Origin: an uncultured Elusimicrobia bacterium
GTDB lineage: Bacteria > Elusimicrobiota > Elusimicrobia > 2-02-FULL-39-32
NCBI GenBank assembly: GCA_964523525.1
Contig: CAZFYO010000001.1
Coordinates: 65,068 to 129,067, forward strand
DNA length: 64,000 nucleotides
Direction of reading: 5' to 3'
The notes under the pieces are model-generated. The model saw only the letters and a list, made by a program, of their open reading frames with translations. It did not search any database and was not told where the DNA came from. The first letter of the stretch is position 1; every line of letters starts with the position of its first letter. A program made the position numbers and the translations under genes. This document shows, in pieces, positions 55,701 to 63,671 of the stretch.

Positions 55701-57808
55701 TTTCCTTGACTTGGAACGCTAACAGTAATCCCGCCATTACGATTTATACTGTAGAAAGCTCTACCAACTCAGATTTTTCACTCGTCCAGGTCTCCACTGT
55801 TGCCGGAACGAGCTTCACCGGCCAAAATTTGATGGCCGACACCTCTTATTACTTGCGAGTTAAAGCTGAGAATGGAGCGGGTATATCCACGGTCTATGAC
55901 TCTACCCTTTCTACGCGCACAAGAGCATCAGGGGAAACCACGCCTCCGACTATAGCCATAAGTTCGCCTGTAGCTGGGAGCACTCTTGCCGCGATCGTAA
56001 CGTTATTCGGAACAGCCGCGGACAATGTAGCGCTGCTTAAAGTGGAAGTCCAAATTGATACCGGCTCATTCAATTTGGCCGTAGGCACATCAAACTGGAG
56101 CTACGTCTTCTATGCTACTGGGGTCGCGAACGGCACACACACCATTACGGCGCTCGCAACAGATGTAAATATGAATGTCCAATCCACATCGATGGTATAT
56201 ATGGTATTGAACGATACTCAGGCGCCCACGACCCCTACCGGTTTGGCGGCTACACCTGTTTCGGGCGCGCAAATCAATCTTTCCTGGAGCGCTTCGTCCG
56301 ACAATATCGCGGTTTCAGCGTACAAGGTCTTCAGAAATACGGTGCAAATCGCCACTTCTGCCCTTACATCCTATAACGACATGGGTTTATCGGCGCAAAC
56401 CACGTACACCTACACGGTGGCCGCTTTTGACGCCACTGGAAATGTTTCCTCGACCTCAACAGCCGTAACAACTACTACCTTGATTAGCAACGAAGTCGTC
56501 GCCGTCATCCGCGAGGATTGTTCAGGGTATTCAAACTGCTACAACTCGCTTAAGGATTGGGAATCGAACTACGGCGGCATCAGCTTCGGGACCTGCACTG
56601 TGGGAAGCCTGACCTGCGCCAAGAAGAGCGCCGTGGCTAAAATCGAGGGCAGTTGGGTGGACTCGGACACCCAGCCCGTGACGTTTAACGGGTGGAACAC
56701 CAGCACGACGTTTTACATCCGGATTTATACGTCCACGGAAGCCCGGCATAACGGCACCATCGGCACGGGCTATCGGATGGAAATGGACTATGAAACCCCG
56801 ATCACCATTCAAGAAAACTTTGTTAGCGTTGACGGCGTCTCTTTCCGGAAGGGAGGCAGCAATCCGGGGGAAATAGTGCTGGTTGACTACGAAACCGACG
56901 CCAATTCCCGCATCGAAGTCAAAAACTGCTATTTGAGGGGCGATTACAGCGGTTCCATCAGCGGCATATCCGTGAATGGCGGCAGCAGCAATCAAAAAAG
57001 AGTCTATTTGTGGAACAACATTCTGGAAAATTTCAAAGGCAGTTCCTGCCACGGCATCAAATGCGCGTTTGGTACCGTTCATGCCTATAACAACACGGTT
57101 GTTAATTCCGCCATCGGCATTCGGAGGACGGCCGGAACCCTGATCGCTAAAAACAACCTTTCCTACAACAACACCACCGACTATATGGGGACATTTTCCA
57201 GCTCCTCGACCCATAACCTTTCCAAGGACCAAACGGCGCCATCCACGAATACATATTTTCGGGGCGCGACCGTCTTATTCGTGAGCACAGCAAATAATTT
57301 CCACTTGGTCAGCACGGATACTGGCGCCGTGGACATGGGAACGGACCTGTTCCCTGAGTTCAGCAATGACATCGACGGGCATACTCGTTCCGGCTCCTGG
57401 GATATCGGCGCGGATGAGTATAATGGCGGAGGCGGTGGCGCTCCCGCATTCGGTCTGAACCAAATCCCTGTGGAAACGCCGCCTTTGGCGCCCTTTGTTG
57501 ATCCAACATTCAAATTGAACGAGGCTTACGCGTATCCCAATCCTGCTTACAACGGAAGCAGGCCTACCATTCACATCGAATGCGGCATCGCGGACTCGGT
57601 TGAAATCCGAATTTATGATGTTGCCGGAGAGCTCCTGCATGACAGGCGGATCGACGGCCCGCCCGTGATAATCAACAACATGTACGCTTACGAATACACT
57701 TGGGATTCAGGCGGACAGGCCAGCGGCGTCTATGTCTATGTCGTTCTCGCCAAAAAAGCGGGTGATAACCCTATTAAGATCATGAAGAAGTTGGCGCTGA
57801 TCAAATGA
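52742..57808 (+). CDS. 1688-aa secreted multidomain protein: N-terminal M23 metallopeptidase, unknown ~600-aa region, Fn3 and Ig-like repeats, right-handed beta-helix-like region, T9SS-type CTD
   Basis: Signal peptide YLFFLVVLISNTALA. M23 motifs FHGGVDF (HxxxD) and GPHLHLQV (HxH). Fn3-like units (e.g. PSAITDLSISQVTTSSVTLCWTAPSDDG...YYFALMSADDDGNVG and LAATPVSGAQINLSWSASSDNIAVSAYKVF). Repetitive N-x-hydrophobic turns (YNNTVVNSAIGIRR, KNNLSYNNT). CTD reads YAYPNPAYNGSRPTIHIECG...VEIRIYDVAGELL...ASGVYVYVVLAKK. The start codon is uncertain (TTG at 52742, 52754 or 52769). Confidence 0.8.
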   Translation: MRVILTNKYLFFLVVLISNTALAYSLDSPFPNSPITDDFGPRRLEGGFNFHGGVDFGAPSGSSIYVVESGTITDITGFGKDANGGYRIKIKGDITNRNIFYMHMFTATGTVTPSNPLRHGDFQIEKSGGLLRIRRLSLNEVYDVDDHIDMNTLIGPVGNSGQVTGPHLHLQVDAGTAIDNPFLYVNHPTSEFSVTISTNLVHKTSYSLTDAQKFSIQFDIDSSPGNDLDAVKVLVDNNALYSPTDSSGTFAFKYGGRPGEYRTLSSSISAGELVNLNSQHPFMGMSNFSVVAVDKNVNRFTLRDVDLSSFSLSNHTITILPYNVLGVVSGTATYNFSIYGNESDEVVDSSGTAKPNGSIVLDGSIGMSINCSSAVSSVQLVGETNQGLFSQTTQATYFGESYYGVHFPTNTGQTLPPGTYSINYACGSENRTYNFSVQSPISTKTIISGSGAMSFVSNIPTFVDEYYSSPDFYIAGSTYIRISYSFLTTRLSSPTPNPNSCGLSCFGGSTKPNVYVRLFNSTSTTLPHSSYSDALTQFNWSIKNISPSSCAVPVNTEIIPNPGNTYTCTDEYEFASPVNFIARPYFFLRVEVNNGACSVVPHDCSIDLSSPVWTTGVYLGATAITENHRILIGPNVGVGTVTSITPIGPYISITPRDGVNLTFAQIQKIGITNVNTGTWANIIAWIKRLLNLGSNVYEISTTAEYSGDITLKLRYDHTQVSPYEEQYLRIVQFDSDGNADDITVSIDTVTKEIVGVTTVLGTFGIAVPEDLGLPSAITDLSISQVTTSSVTLCWTAPSDDGTLESTIAYDLRYATFPITTSDQFFDATPVPDISTPNTRGTLETFVVSGLAGLTTYYFALMSADDDGNVGAVSNSPSTNTLLGPPRASTGFSGTVLSTMAIFWSWSDNSGTESGYRVVTSSGGVISGDLAVNSTIYVQLNLLPNASHQNYVQAFNAAGVSNSTESLSWTLANPPTGSALVDVQVSSISLTWNANSNPAITIYTVESSTNSDFSLVQVSTVAGTSFTGQNLMADTSYYLRVKAENGAGISTVYDSTLSTRTRASGETTPPTIAISSPVAGSTLAAIVTLFGTAADNVALLKVEVQIDTGSFNLAVGTSNWSYVFYATGVANGTHTITALATDVNMNVQSTSMVYMVLNDTQAPTTPTGLAATPVSGAQINLSWSASSDNIAVSAYKVFRNTVQIATSALTSYNDMGLSAQTTYTYTVAAFDATGNVSSTSTAVTTTTLISNEVVAVIREDCSGYSNCYNSLKDWESNYGGISFGTCTVGSLTCAKKSAVAKIEGSWVDSDTQPVTFNGWNTSTTFYIRIYTSTEARHNGTIGTGYRMEMDYETPITIQENFVSVDGVSFRKGGSNPGEIVLVDYETDANSRIEVKNCYLRGDYSGSISGISVNGGSSNQKRVYLWNNILENFKGSSCHGIKCAFGTVHAYNNTVVNSAIGIRRTAGTLIAKNNLSYNNTTDYMGTFSSSSTHNLSKDQTAPSTNTYFRGATVLFVSTANNFHLVSTDTGAVDMGTDLFPEFSNDIDGHTRSGSWDIGADEYNGGGGGAPAFGLNQIPVETPPLAPFVDPTFKLNEAYAYPNPAYNGSRPTIHIECGIADSVEIRIYDVAGELLHDRRIDGPPVIINNMYAYEYTWDSGGQASGVYVYVVLAKKAGDNPIKIMKKLALIK

Positions 57809-58764
57809 TGCCTATTAAACGCGGTATCGCGCTGTGTCTTGGACTGCTGATGGCGCCGGTTTGTCATCCAAGCAGGGCAGATGCGGCGGCCGGCGCGAGT
57901 TTCCTTAAGTTGGGCGTTGGCGCCCGGGCGGCTGGGCTTGGGTCGGCTTATACCGCCATTGCGGACGACGTCACCGCGCTTCACTGGAATCCCGCAGGCC
58001 TTTCCGGCATGACCAAACGCGAAGTTTCCGCCATGCATGCGGAGCTCTATGCCGAAACGCGCTACGATTTCATCGGATACGCTCACCCCACGTCCCTTCT
58101 GAATATGGGGATATCAGCCGTTTACCTCACCCAAGGGTCCATCGATGGAAGATCGGTCAGCGGCTCTAAGACGGGCGATTTCAGCGCCAACGATCTTCTT
58201 GTAACCCTAGGTGCCGGCAAAATGATGATCGGCAACGCGGCTGTGGGCGCCAACCTTAAACTGATCCAATCTCAAATTGCCGGATCCTCCGCCAGAGGGT
58301 TTGCGTTCGATCTGGGGACTTCGTTTAAGCCCGTTCTTCCCATGGTGGGAAGCAACATTAAATTGGGACTTGCCCTGCAGAACATTGGCCCGAGGATGAA
58401 CTTTTCCAATGAGTCTTACGATTTGCCTCTGACCGCCGCCGCCGGGCTCGGATATCAGCCGTTCAACTCACTTCTTTTATCCGTGGACGTGAAGCGGCAT
58501 ATTTATGAATCCCGGACGCTCCTCAGCATCGGCACGGAATTCAGTCCGTTATCATTGATTTCGCTCCGCGCAGGGTACATCAGCGGCGCAGGCAGCCGGT
58601 CCGATGTCCTCGAACGGTCGAATGTTCAGTCTCAACTGTCAGGGCTTTCAGGCCTTGGAATGGGCATGGGATTTAAGCTCGGTTGGGGAAGCCTGGACTA
58701 TGCCTTTACTCCCGCGGGAGAACTGGGCAATGTCCAGCGGATATCGCTTTCCATGAAATTTTAA
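57805..58764 (+). CDS. PorV-like outer-membrane beta-barrel
   Basis: 319 aa. The ATG overlaps the CTD-protein stop (ATGA). Motif VGARAAGLGSAYTAIADDVTALHWNPAGLS. Close paralog of 50583..51596 (MHAELYAETRYDFIGY vs MHAELFAEQRYDFIGY). C-terminal ...QRISLSMKF. Confidence 0.8.
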   Translation: MMPIKRGIALCLGLLMAPVCHPSRADAAAGASFLKLGVGARAAGLGSAYTAIADDVTALHWNPAGLSGMTKREVSAMHAELYAETRYDFIGYAHPTSLLNMGISAVYLTQGSIDGRSVSGSKTGDFSANDLLVTLGAGKMMIGNAAVGANLKLIQSQIAGSSARGFAFDLGTSFKPVLPMVGSNIKLGLALQNIGPRMNFSNESYDLPLTAAAGLGYQPFNSLLLSVDVKRHIYESRTLLSIGTEFSPLSLISLRAGYISGAGSRSDVLERSNVQSQLSGLSGLGMGMGFKLGWGSLDYAFTPAGELGNVQRISLSMKF

Positions 58765-58774
58765 GGAGCATCAG

Positions 58775-59110
58775 ATGAAATCGACCAGATTCACAGCGAT
58801 CATCATGGCATTGTTGTTCGGGTTTGCCGTTAATGTTTTTGCCAGAAAGGCCACCGCCGTCATGCGTTTCGTCAAAGTTATGGGAACGGTGCAATCCGTC
58901 AACAGTTCTCAAATGGTGATCACCGATTCGTCCAATAAATCCATCACGATCCCCCTGAATACCCAAACGAAAGTTGATAAAAGCGATGAATCCGCTCTCG
59001 CCTCGCAAATCCAGGTCGGCGACCGCGTCAGCGTCCGTTATGATGCCGCCACCAGGACTGCCGTCCGCATTGACATCCTCCAGCCTCTGAATACCGAAGT
59101 TAAGGAATAG
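58775..59110 (+). CDS. Small hypothetical secreted protein
   Basis: 111 aa with signal peptide FTAIIMALLFGFAVNVFA. No family recognised. Confidence 0.55.
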   Translation: MKSTRFTAIIMALLFGFAVNVFARKATAVMRFVKVMGTVQSVNSSQMVITDSSNKSITIPLNTQTKVDKSDESALASQIQVGDRVSVRYDAATRTAVRIDILQPLNTEVKE

Positions 59111-59137
59111 CAGATCAAACTGCCGCAGATCTCCGAA

Positions 59138-60280
59138 TTGTCTAATTCTCCACAGCCGCTCATCGGTCTGGCATTGATCCTCGGGCTGGCCTCGGCCCTC
59201 TATCTTCCCTCAATTTTCTTGCCGCACAACGAGTATGACGAAGTCATTTACGCGACGCTGGCGGAAAAGGTCGCGCACCGCTGGACGGACTATTCTCTCC
59301 AGGGCACTCCGGTTTTGGAAGAGCTGCCAAAAGTAACGTACGATCATCCCCTGTTTCACCGCCCGCCGCTGTTTGTCTATCTCTTATCCGTTTTCCGTTC
59401 ACTGCATCCGCTGGCCGGGGGACTTTTGCCGGCGCTCTGCGGTTTGGGCATCATCGCCTTCATATTTTTCCTGAAAAATCGAAGCGATAATCCCATGTCG
59501 GCTCTCATGGCCGCCGGCATCGCGGCCATCTCCCCGACGCTGATCTTCTGTTCAACCCGCATTTTGATGGACGTCCTTCTTGCTTTGGGTGTCTGCGCCG
59601 TGGTTTGGGCGGTGGCTAAAGCAACGGAAGATGAAAATCCGGCCGTTTTCGCCGCCGCCGGCCTATTCCTCGGCCTGGCGATCTTATCGAAAGAAACGGC
59701 CCTTCTGATCCTACCGGCTTGCGCCTATCAAACCTTCCGCGGAGGCATCACAAAAATCAAAATCAGGAATTTTTTGATATTTCTCGCCGCCGCGTTCGCG
59801 CTCTCCTTCCCCTGGTTTTATTATTTCAGGCAGGTGATGGGGACTTTCTTTCAGCAGGTGGGGAAAGCGGATTTGGACGCCAGCATCCAGATGTTTCCCT
59901 TCATGGCCCAGGTCGTGGGCCGGCCCTGGCATTTTTATTTTTCGCACGGAATCATGATCGCTCCCGTTTTTATATTCGGGTTTATCGAAATATATCGGAA
60001 AATCCGGGATAAAGAACCGCTGACTGAAATGATATGGGCGCTTTCCTATCTCTTGGGCCTGACGTTTTACAGCATGCTGGGGAACGGTTATCAGATGCGG
60101 TATGTCCTGCCCGCCGTTCCGGCGCTGAGCCTGCTGACGGCGGATGCTTTGCGGCGCGCCGGTCCCCGCGCGATTTGGGCTGCGGTCGCGCTCCTGTCCT
60201 ACGGATTGCTGAACGGCATTCTGAACGGCCTGCTTTTCAAGTCTCCCGAAGTTTATCCCGCCTTTGTTTTCTTCAGATAA
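59138..60280 (+). CDS. Polytopic membrane glycosyltransferase, GT39/ArnT/PMT-like
   Basis: 380 aa, TTG start, about 10 TM helices. An early periplasmic-loop acidic motif (HNEYDEVIYATLAEKV) as in the GT-C ArnT/PMT families. By-eye assignment. Confidence 0.6.
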   Translation: MSNSPQPLIGLALILGLASALYLPSIFLPHNEYDEVIYATLAEKVAHRWTDYSLQGTPVLEELPKVTYDHPLFHRPPLFVYLLSVFRSLHPLAGGLLPALCGLGIIAFIFFLKNRSDNPMSALMAAGIAAISPTLIFCSTRILMDVLLALGVCAVVWAVAKATEDENPAVFAAAGLFLGLAILSKETALLILPACAYQTFRGGITKIKIRNFLIFLAAAFALSFPWFYYFRQVMGTFFQQVGKADLDASIQMFPFMAQVVGRPWHFYFSHGIMIAPVFIFGFIEIYRKIRDKEPLTEMIWALSYLLGLTFYSMLGNGYQMRYVLPAVPALSLLTADALRRAGPRAIWAAVALLSYGLLNGILNGLLFKSPEVYPAFVFFR

Positions 60281-60287
60281 TCCCGGC

Positions 60288-62105
60288 ATGAATAATCCCG
60301 ACAACCGGACGGCGTTCCGGATCACCCCGGGCATTCTCGCGCTGTTGGCTCTCGCGGTATTCTTCGCGGCCTATTGGCCGGCCCTGCGGGGCGGCTTCAT
60401 ATGGGATGACGACCGCTATCTGACGCAGAACCCGCTCCTTTCCGATGCTCACGGCCTCTGGAAAATATGGTTCTCAAAAGAGACCGACCAATACTATCCG
60501 ATGGTTTTCACGTCCTTCTGGCTGGAAAAAAGCCTGTGGGGGTTAAATCCGTTGGGATACCATTTCGTGAATATCATTCTGCATGCGGCCAACGCCTGTC
60601 TGCTCGGCCTCATTTTGGCGCGGCTGAAACTGAAGAGCGCCTGGTTGATCGCAGGAATTTTCGCCCTGCATCCGGTTCACGTTGAGTCGGTTGCCTGGAT
60701 CACGGAAAGGAAAAACGTTTTATCCGGCTTCTTTTTCCTTTTATCGCTTTTGTCGTGGCTGAGGTACGAGGAAAAGGGAAAAATGTCCCGCTACGCGATG
60801 GCGCTCGCGGCGTTTGTGCTGGCACTATTCAGCAAAACGGTCGCCTGCTCCCTGCCCGTCGTCATTCTCTTGCTGCGCTGGATGCGCGGGGAAAAATGGA
60901 ATTGGAAAGTCGCGGTGGAGCTGGCACCCTTCTTTATCAGCGGCCTCGGGATGGGCCTTGTCACGGTCTTTCACGAGCGGGGCCACGTGGGCGCTTCGGG
61001 CGCGGAATGGAATTTTTCCATCGCCGAGCGGCTGATCCTGGCGGGCCGGATTCCCTGGTTCTATGTCTCGAAACTCGTCTTCCCGTTGGACCTGATGTTC
61101 ATCTACCCGCGCTGGAAACTCGATGCCGGACAAATCGCGCAATGGCTGCCGGCCGTGGGGCTGGTGGCTCTGTCCGCGGCGCTCTGGCTGAAGCGAAACG
61201 CAATCGGGCGCGCGCCTTTAGCCGCTCTGGTCGCGTTCATCGTGGTCCTGTTCCCCGCGCTCGGATTTTTTAACGTGTATCCCATGCGCTACTCGTTTGT
61301 TGCCGACCACTTCCAATATTTGGCGAGCATTGCTGCGCTCTGCCTCATTGTCGAGCCGCTTGCGTTGCGCTTCGCCGGGTCTGACGCGCCCTGGAGCCGG
61401 ACCGGAGAGCGAAGCATCATCAAAAAATCTGCCGCGATCGTCATTTTATGCCTGCTGGCGGCGCTGACCTGGAAGCAGGGATGGATTTACGCGAGCGAGA
61501 AAACCGTGTGGGAAGATACGGCGCAGAAAAATCCCGGCGCCATCATCGCTTACAACAACCTCGGCGCGATCTACATGCAGGAAGGGAATTTGCGCGGGGC
61601 CGAAGCGCTCTTCCGGCACATTACGAGCGTGATGCCGGACAACGCGGAGGCGCATCACAACCTCGGAGATGTTTATATTGGGCTGGGCGATCTCGATTCG
61701 GCGGCGGAGCACCTCCGGCAGTCGATGGCCCTGAACCCGGAGCTGTCAAAGCCGCATTTAACCCTGGGGCGGGTCCGGGCGATGCGCAAGGATTTTAAGG
61801 GCGCGGAGGAAGAGTTTCGGACCGCCCTGCGGCTTGAGCCCGGCAGCGCGGAGGCGATCTATAACCTCGGCCTGCTCTACTATCAAATGAAAAATTTTTC
61901 CCATGCCGAACTGTATTATTTGAAGGCGCTCGAAGCCAACCCTAATTTTCTATCCGCGCGGTTCAATCTGGGCGGTCTGTATTTCGAGCAAAAGAGCTAT
62001 CAAAAGGCGCTCACGCAGTTCACCCACGCGCTGGTGCTGGCGCCCCAAGACCCCCAGGTCGCGGCGGCCGTCATCAAAACCCAAGCCAAAATTTCAGGCG
62101 ATTAA
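60288..62105 (+). CDS. Polytopic membrane domain + C-terminal TPR repeats (TMTC/PMT_2-like protein O-mannosyltransferase architecture)
   Basis: ATG at 60288 (the TTG at 60264 would overlap the upstream gene). N-terminal GFIWDDDRYLTQNPLL motif followed by about 10 TM helices. At least five C-terminal TPRs (AYNNLGAIYMQEGNLRGAEALFRHI..., AHHNLGDVYIGLGDLDSAAEHL..., AIYNLGLLYYQMKNFSHAE...). Confidence 0.65.
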   Translation: MNNPDNRTAFRITPGILALLALAVFFAAYWPALRGGFIWDDDRYLTQNPLLSDAHGLWKIWFSKETDQYYPMVFTSFWLEKSLWGLNPLGYHFVNIILHAANACLLGLILARLKLKSAWLIAGIFALHPVHVESVAWITERKNVLSGFFFLLSLLSWLRYEEKGKMSRYAMALAAFVLALFSKTVACSLPVVILLLRWMRGEKWNWKVAVELAPFFISGLGMGLVTVFHERGHVGASGAEWNFSIAERLILAGRIPWFYVSKLVFPLDLMFIYPRWKLDAGQIAQWLPAVGLVALSAALWLKRNAIGRAPLAALVAFIVVLFPALGFFNVYPMRYSFVADHFQYLASIAALCLIVEPLALRFAGSDAPWSRTGERSIIKKSAAIVILCLLAALTWKQGWIYASEKTVWEDTAQKNPGAIIAYNNLGAIYMQEGNLRGAEALFRHITSVMPDNAEAHHNLGDVYIGLGDLDSAAEHLRQSMALNPELSKPHLTLGRVRAMRKDFKGAEEEFRTALRLEPGSAEAIYNLGLLYYQMKNFSHAELYYLKALEANPNFLSARFNLGGLYFEQKSYQKALTQFTHALVLAPQDPQVAAAVIKTQAKISGD

Positions 62106-62201
62106 ACCGAGAATCAGGCCCTCCGGATGTGGTAAAATACGTCAACCTGATACCCGGATTGAGGGTGACATTAGATTGATCGTTATCGGAGGCCGCTCCC
62201 C

Positions 62202-63263
62202 ATGCATTGGACCAACCTCGTAGAAAAAGCCATGAACAACGACCGCATTACCCGCTCGGATGCCGAGGAAGTCCTGAATTGCCCCGACGACTCCCTGCTT
62301 TCGCTGGTCGAAGCCACCTATAAGGTCCGCCGCAAATTTTTCGGCAAACGCGTCAAACTGAATTTCCTCCTCAACGCCAAATCCGGCCTCTGCCCCGAAG
62401 ACTGTTTTTACTGTTCCCAGTCCAAAGTGTCGGACGCGGCCATCGACAAATACCCCTTTCTTTCTGATAAAGAGATCATCGCGGCGGCCAAGCGGGCCGT
62501 TTCGGTGAAGGCCAAGCGGTTCTGCATGGTGAATTCGGGCCGCGGTCCCACGGACAATGAAATTTCCCTCATCTCGCTGGCGGTCAAGCACGTCAAGCAG
62601 GAGTTTCCGAACCTCGAAGTCTGCGTGTGCCTGGGCCTGCTCGCCCCGCACCAGGCGCAGGAGCTGAAGCGCGCCGGCGTCCACGCCTACAACCACAATC
62701 TGAACACGGTCGAGAACAAATATTCCGAGATCTGCACCACGCACACGTATCAGGACCGCGTCGACACCGTGCACGTCGCCAAAAGCGCCGGGCTCGAAGC
62801 CTGCAGCGGCGCGCTTTTCGGCATGGGCGAAAAAGACGAGGACATCATCCAGCTCGCTTTCACGTTCCGCCGCATCGGCGCCGAATCCATCCCGCTCAAC
62901 TTCCTGATTCCCATCGCTGGCACGCCGTTCGAAAAATTCCGCTTCATGAACCCGCGCAAGTGCCTGAAAATCCTCTGCCTCTTCCGCCTCGTGAACCCCA
63001 CGGCGGAAATCCGCATCGCCGGGGGCCGCGAAGTGAACCTCCGCTGGCTCCAGCCGCTGGGATTGTACGCGGCCAACTCGATCTTCATCGGCGATTATTT
63101 GACGACCAAGGGCCAGAAGCCCGAGGCCGACATCGCCATGATCGAAGACTTAGGGTTTGAGATCGAGGGCCACGACCCCGAGCTCGTGCCCGCGGGCGTC
63201 CCCGCGGCCAATCCCGGCAACGCCAATCCCGACCCCAAAGAGTTCGAAGTCAACCTAAACTAG
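62202..63263 (+). CDS. bioB: Biotin synthase
   Basis: Radical-SAM motif CPEDCFYCSQS, YNHNLNT, and an Ala/Pro/Asn-rich C-terminal tail. Confidence 0.9.
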   Translation: MHWTNLVEKAMNNDRITRSDAEEVLNCPDDSLLSLVEATYKVRRKFFGKRVKLNFLLNAKSGLCPEDCFYCSQSKVSDAAIDKYPFLSDKEIIAAAKRAVSVKAKRFCMVNSGRGPTDNEISLISLAVKHVKQEFPNLEVCVCLGLLAPHQAQELKRAGVHAYNHNLNTVENKYSEICTTHTYQDRVDTVHVAKSAGLEACSGALFGMGEKDEDIIQLAFTFRRIGAESIPLNFLIPIAGTPFEKFRFMNPRKCLKILCLFRLVNPTAEIRIAGGREVNLRWLQPLGLYAANSIFIGDYLTTKGQKPEADIAMIEDLGFEIEGHDPELVPAGVPAANPGNANPDPKEFEVNLN

Positions 63264-63269
63264 TCCCTC

Positions 63270-63662
63270 ATGGACGCCCTCACACGCGACAACGGCCGCC
63301 TGTTCTTCGTGCTGGGCTGCTTCTTCGCCTTCCTGGCAGTCGCCCTGGGCGCTTTCGCGGCCCACGCGCTCAAATCCCGCATCGCGCCCGACCTCCTCGC
63401 CATATTCGAAGTCGGCGTCCGCTATCACATGTACCACGCGCTGGCTTTGTTCGTGGTGGCGTTTGCATTCGCGCGCTGGCCGGGCGTCACTTTTTCCGTG
63501 CCGGGAATTCTCTTCACCGCCGGCATCGCACTGTTTTCCGGCAGCCTCTACGTTTTAAGCCTCACCGGCCTCCGCTGGCTGGGCGCCATCACTCCCGTCG
63601 GCGGACTCTGCTTCCTCCTCGGCTGGTTTTTTCTCGCGATCAAAGTTTGGCAGGCCCGATAA
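63270..63662 (+). CDS. DUF423 family membrane protein
   Basis: 130 aa with four TM helices and the GVRYHMYHALAL motif typical of DUF423/YgdD. Confidence 0.7.
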   Translation: MDALTRDNGRLFFVLGCFFAFLAVALGAFAAHALKSRIAPDLLAIFEVGVRYHMYHALALFVVAFAFARWPGVTFSVPGILFTAGIALFSGSLYVLSLTGLRWLGAITPVGGLCFLLGWFFLAIKVWQAR

Positions 63663-63671
63663 CCTCTCCTG

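Larger units (their letters stand above)
51597..57808. other. Compositionally atypical (AT-rich to intermediate) block
   Basis: Hand counts of individual 60-nt lines. Line 52561: 17/60 G+C. Line 53401: 25/60. Line 54901: 26/60. Line 55741: 25/60. Line 57001: 25/60. For comparison, line 50281 (upstream gene) is 42/60 and line 58201 (downstream gene) is 34/60. The strongest depression is at about 51.6-55.0 kb. Confidence 0.65.
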
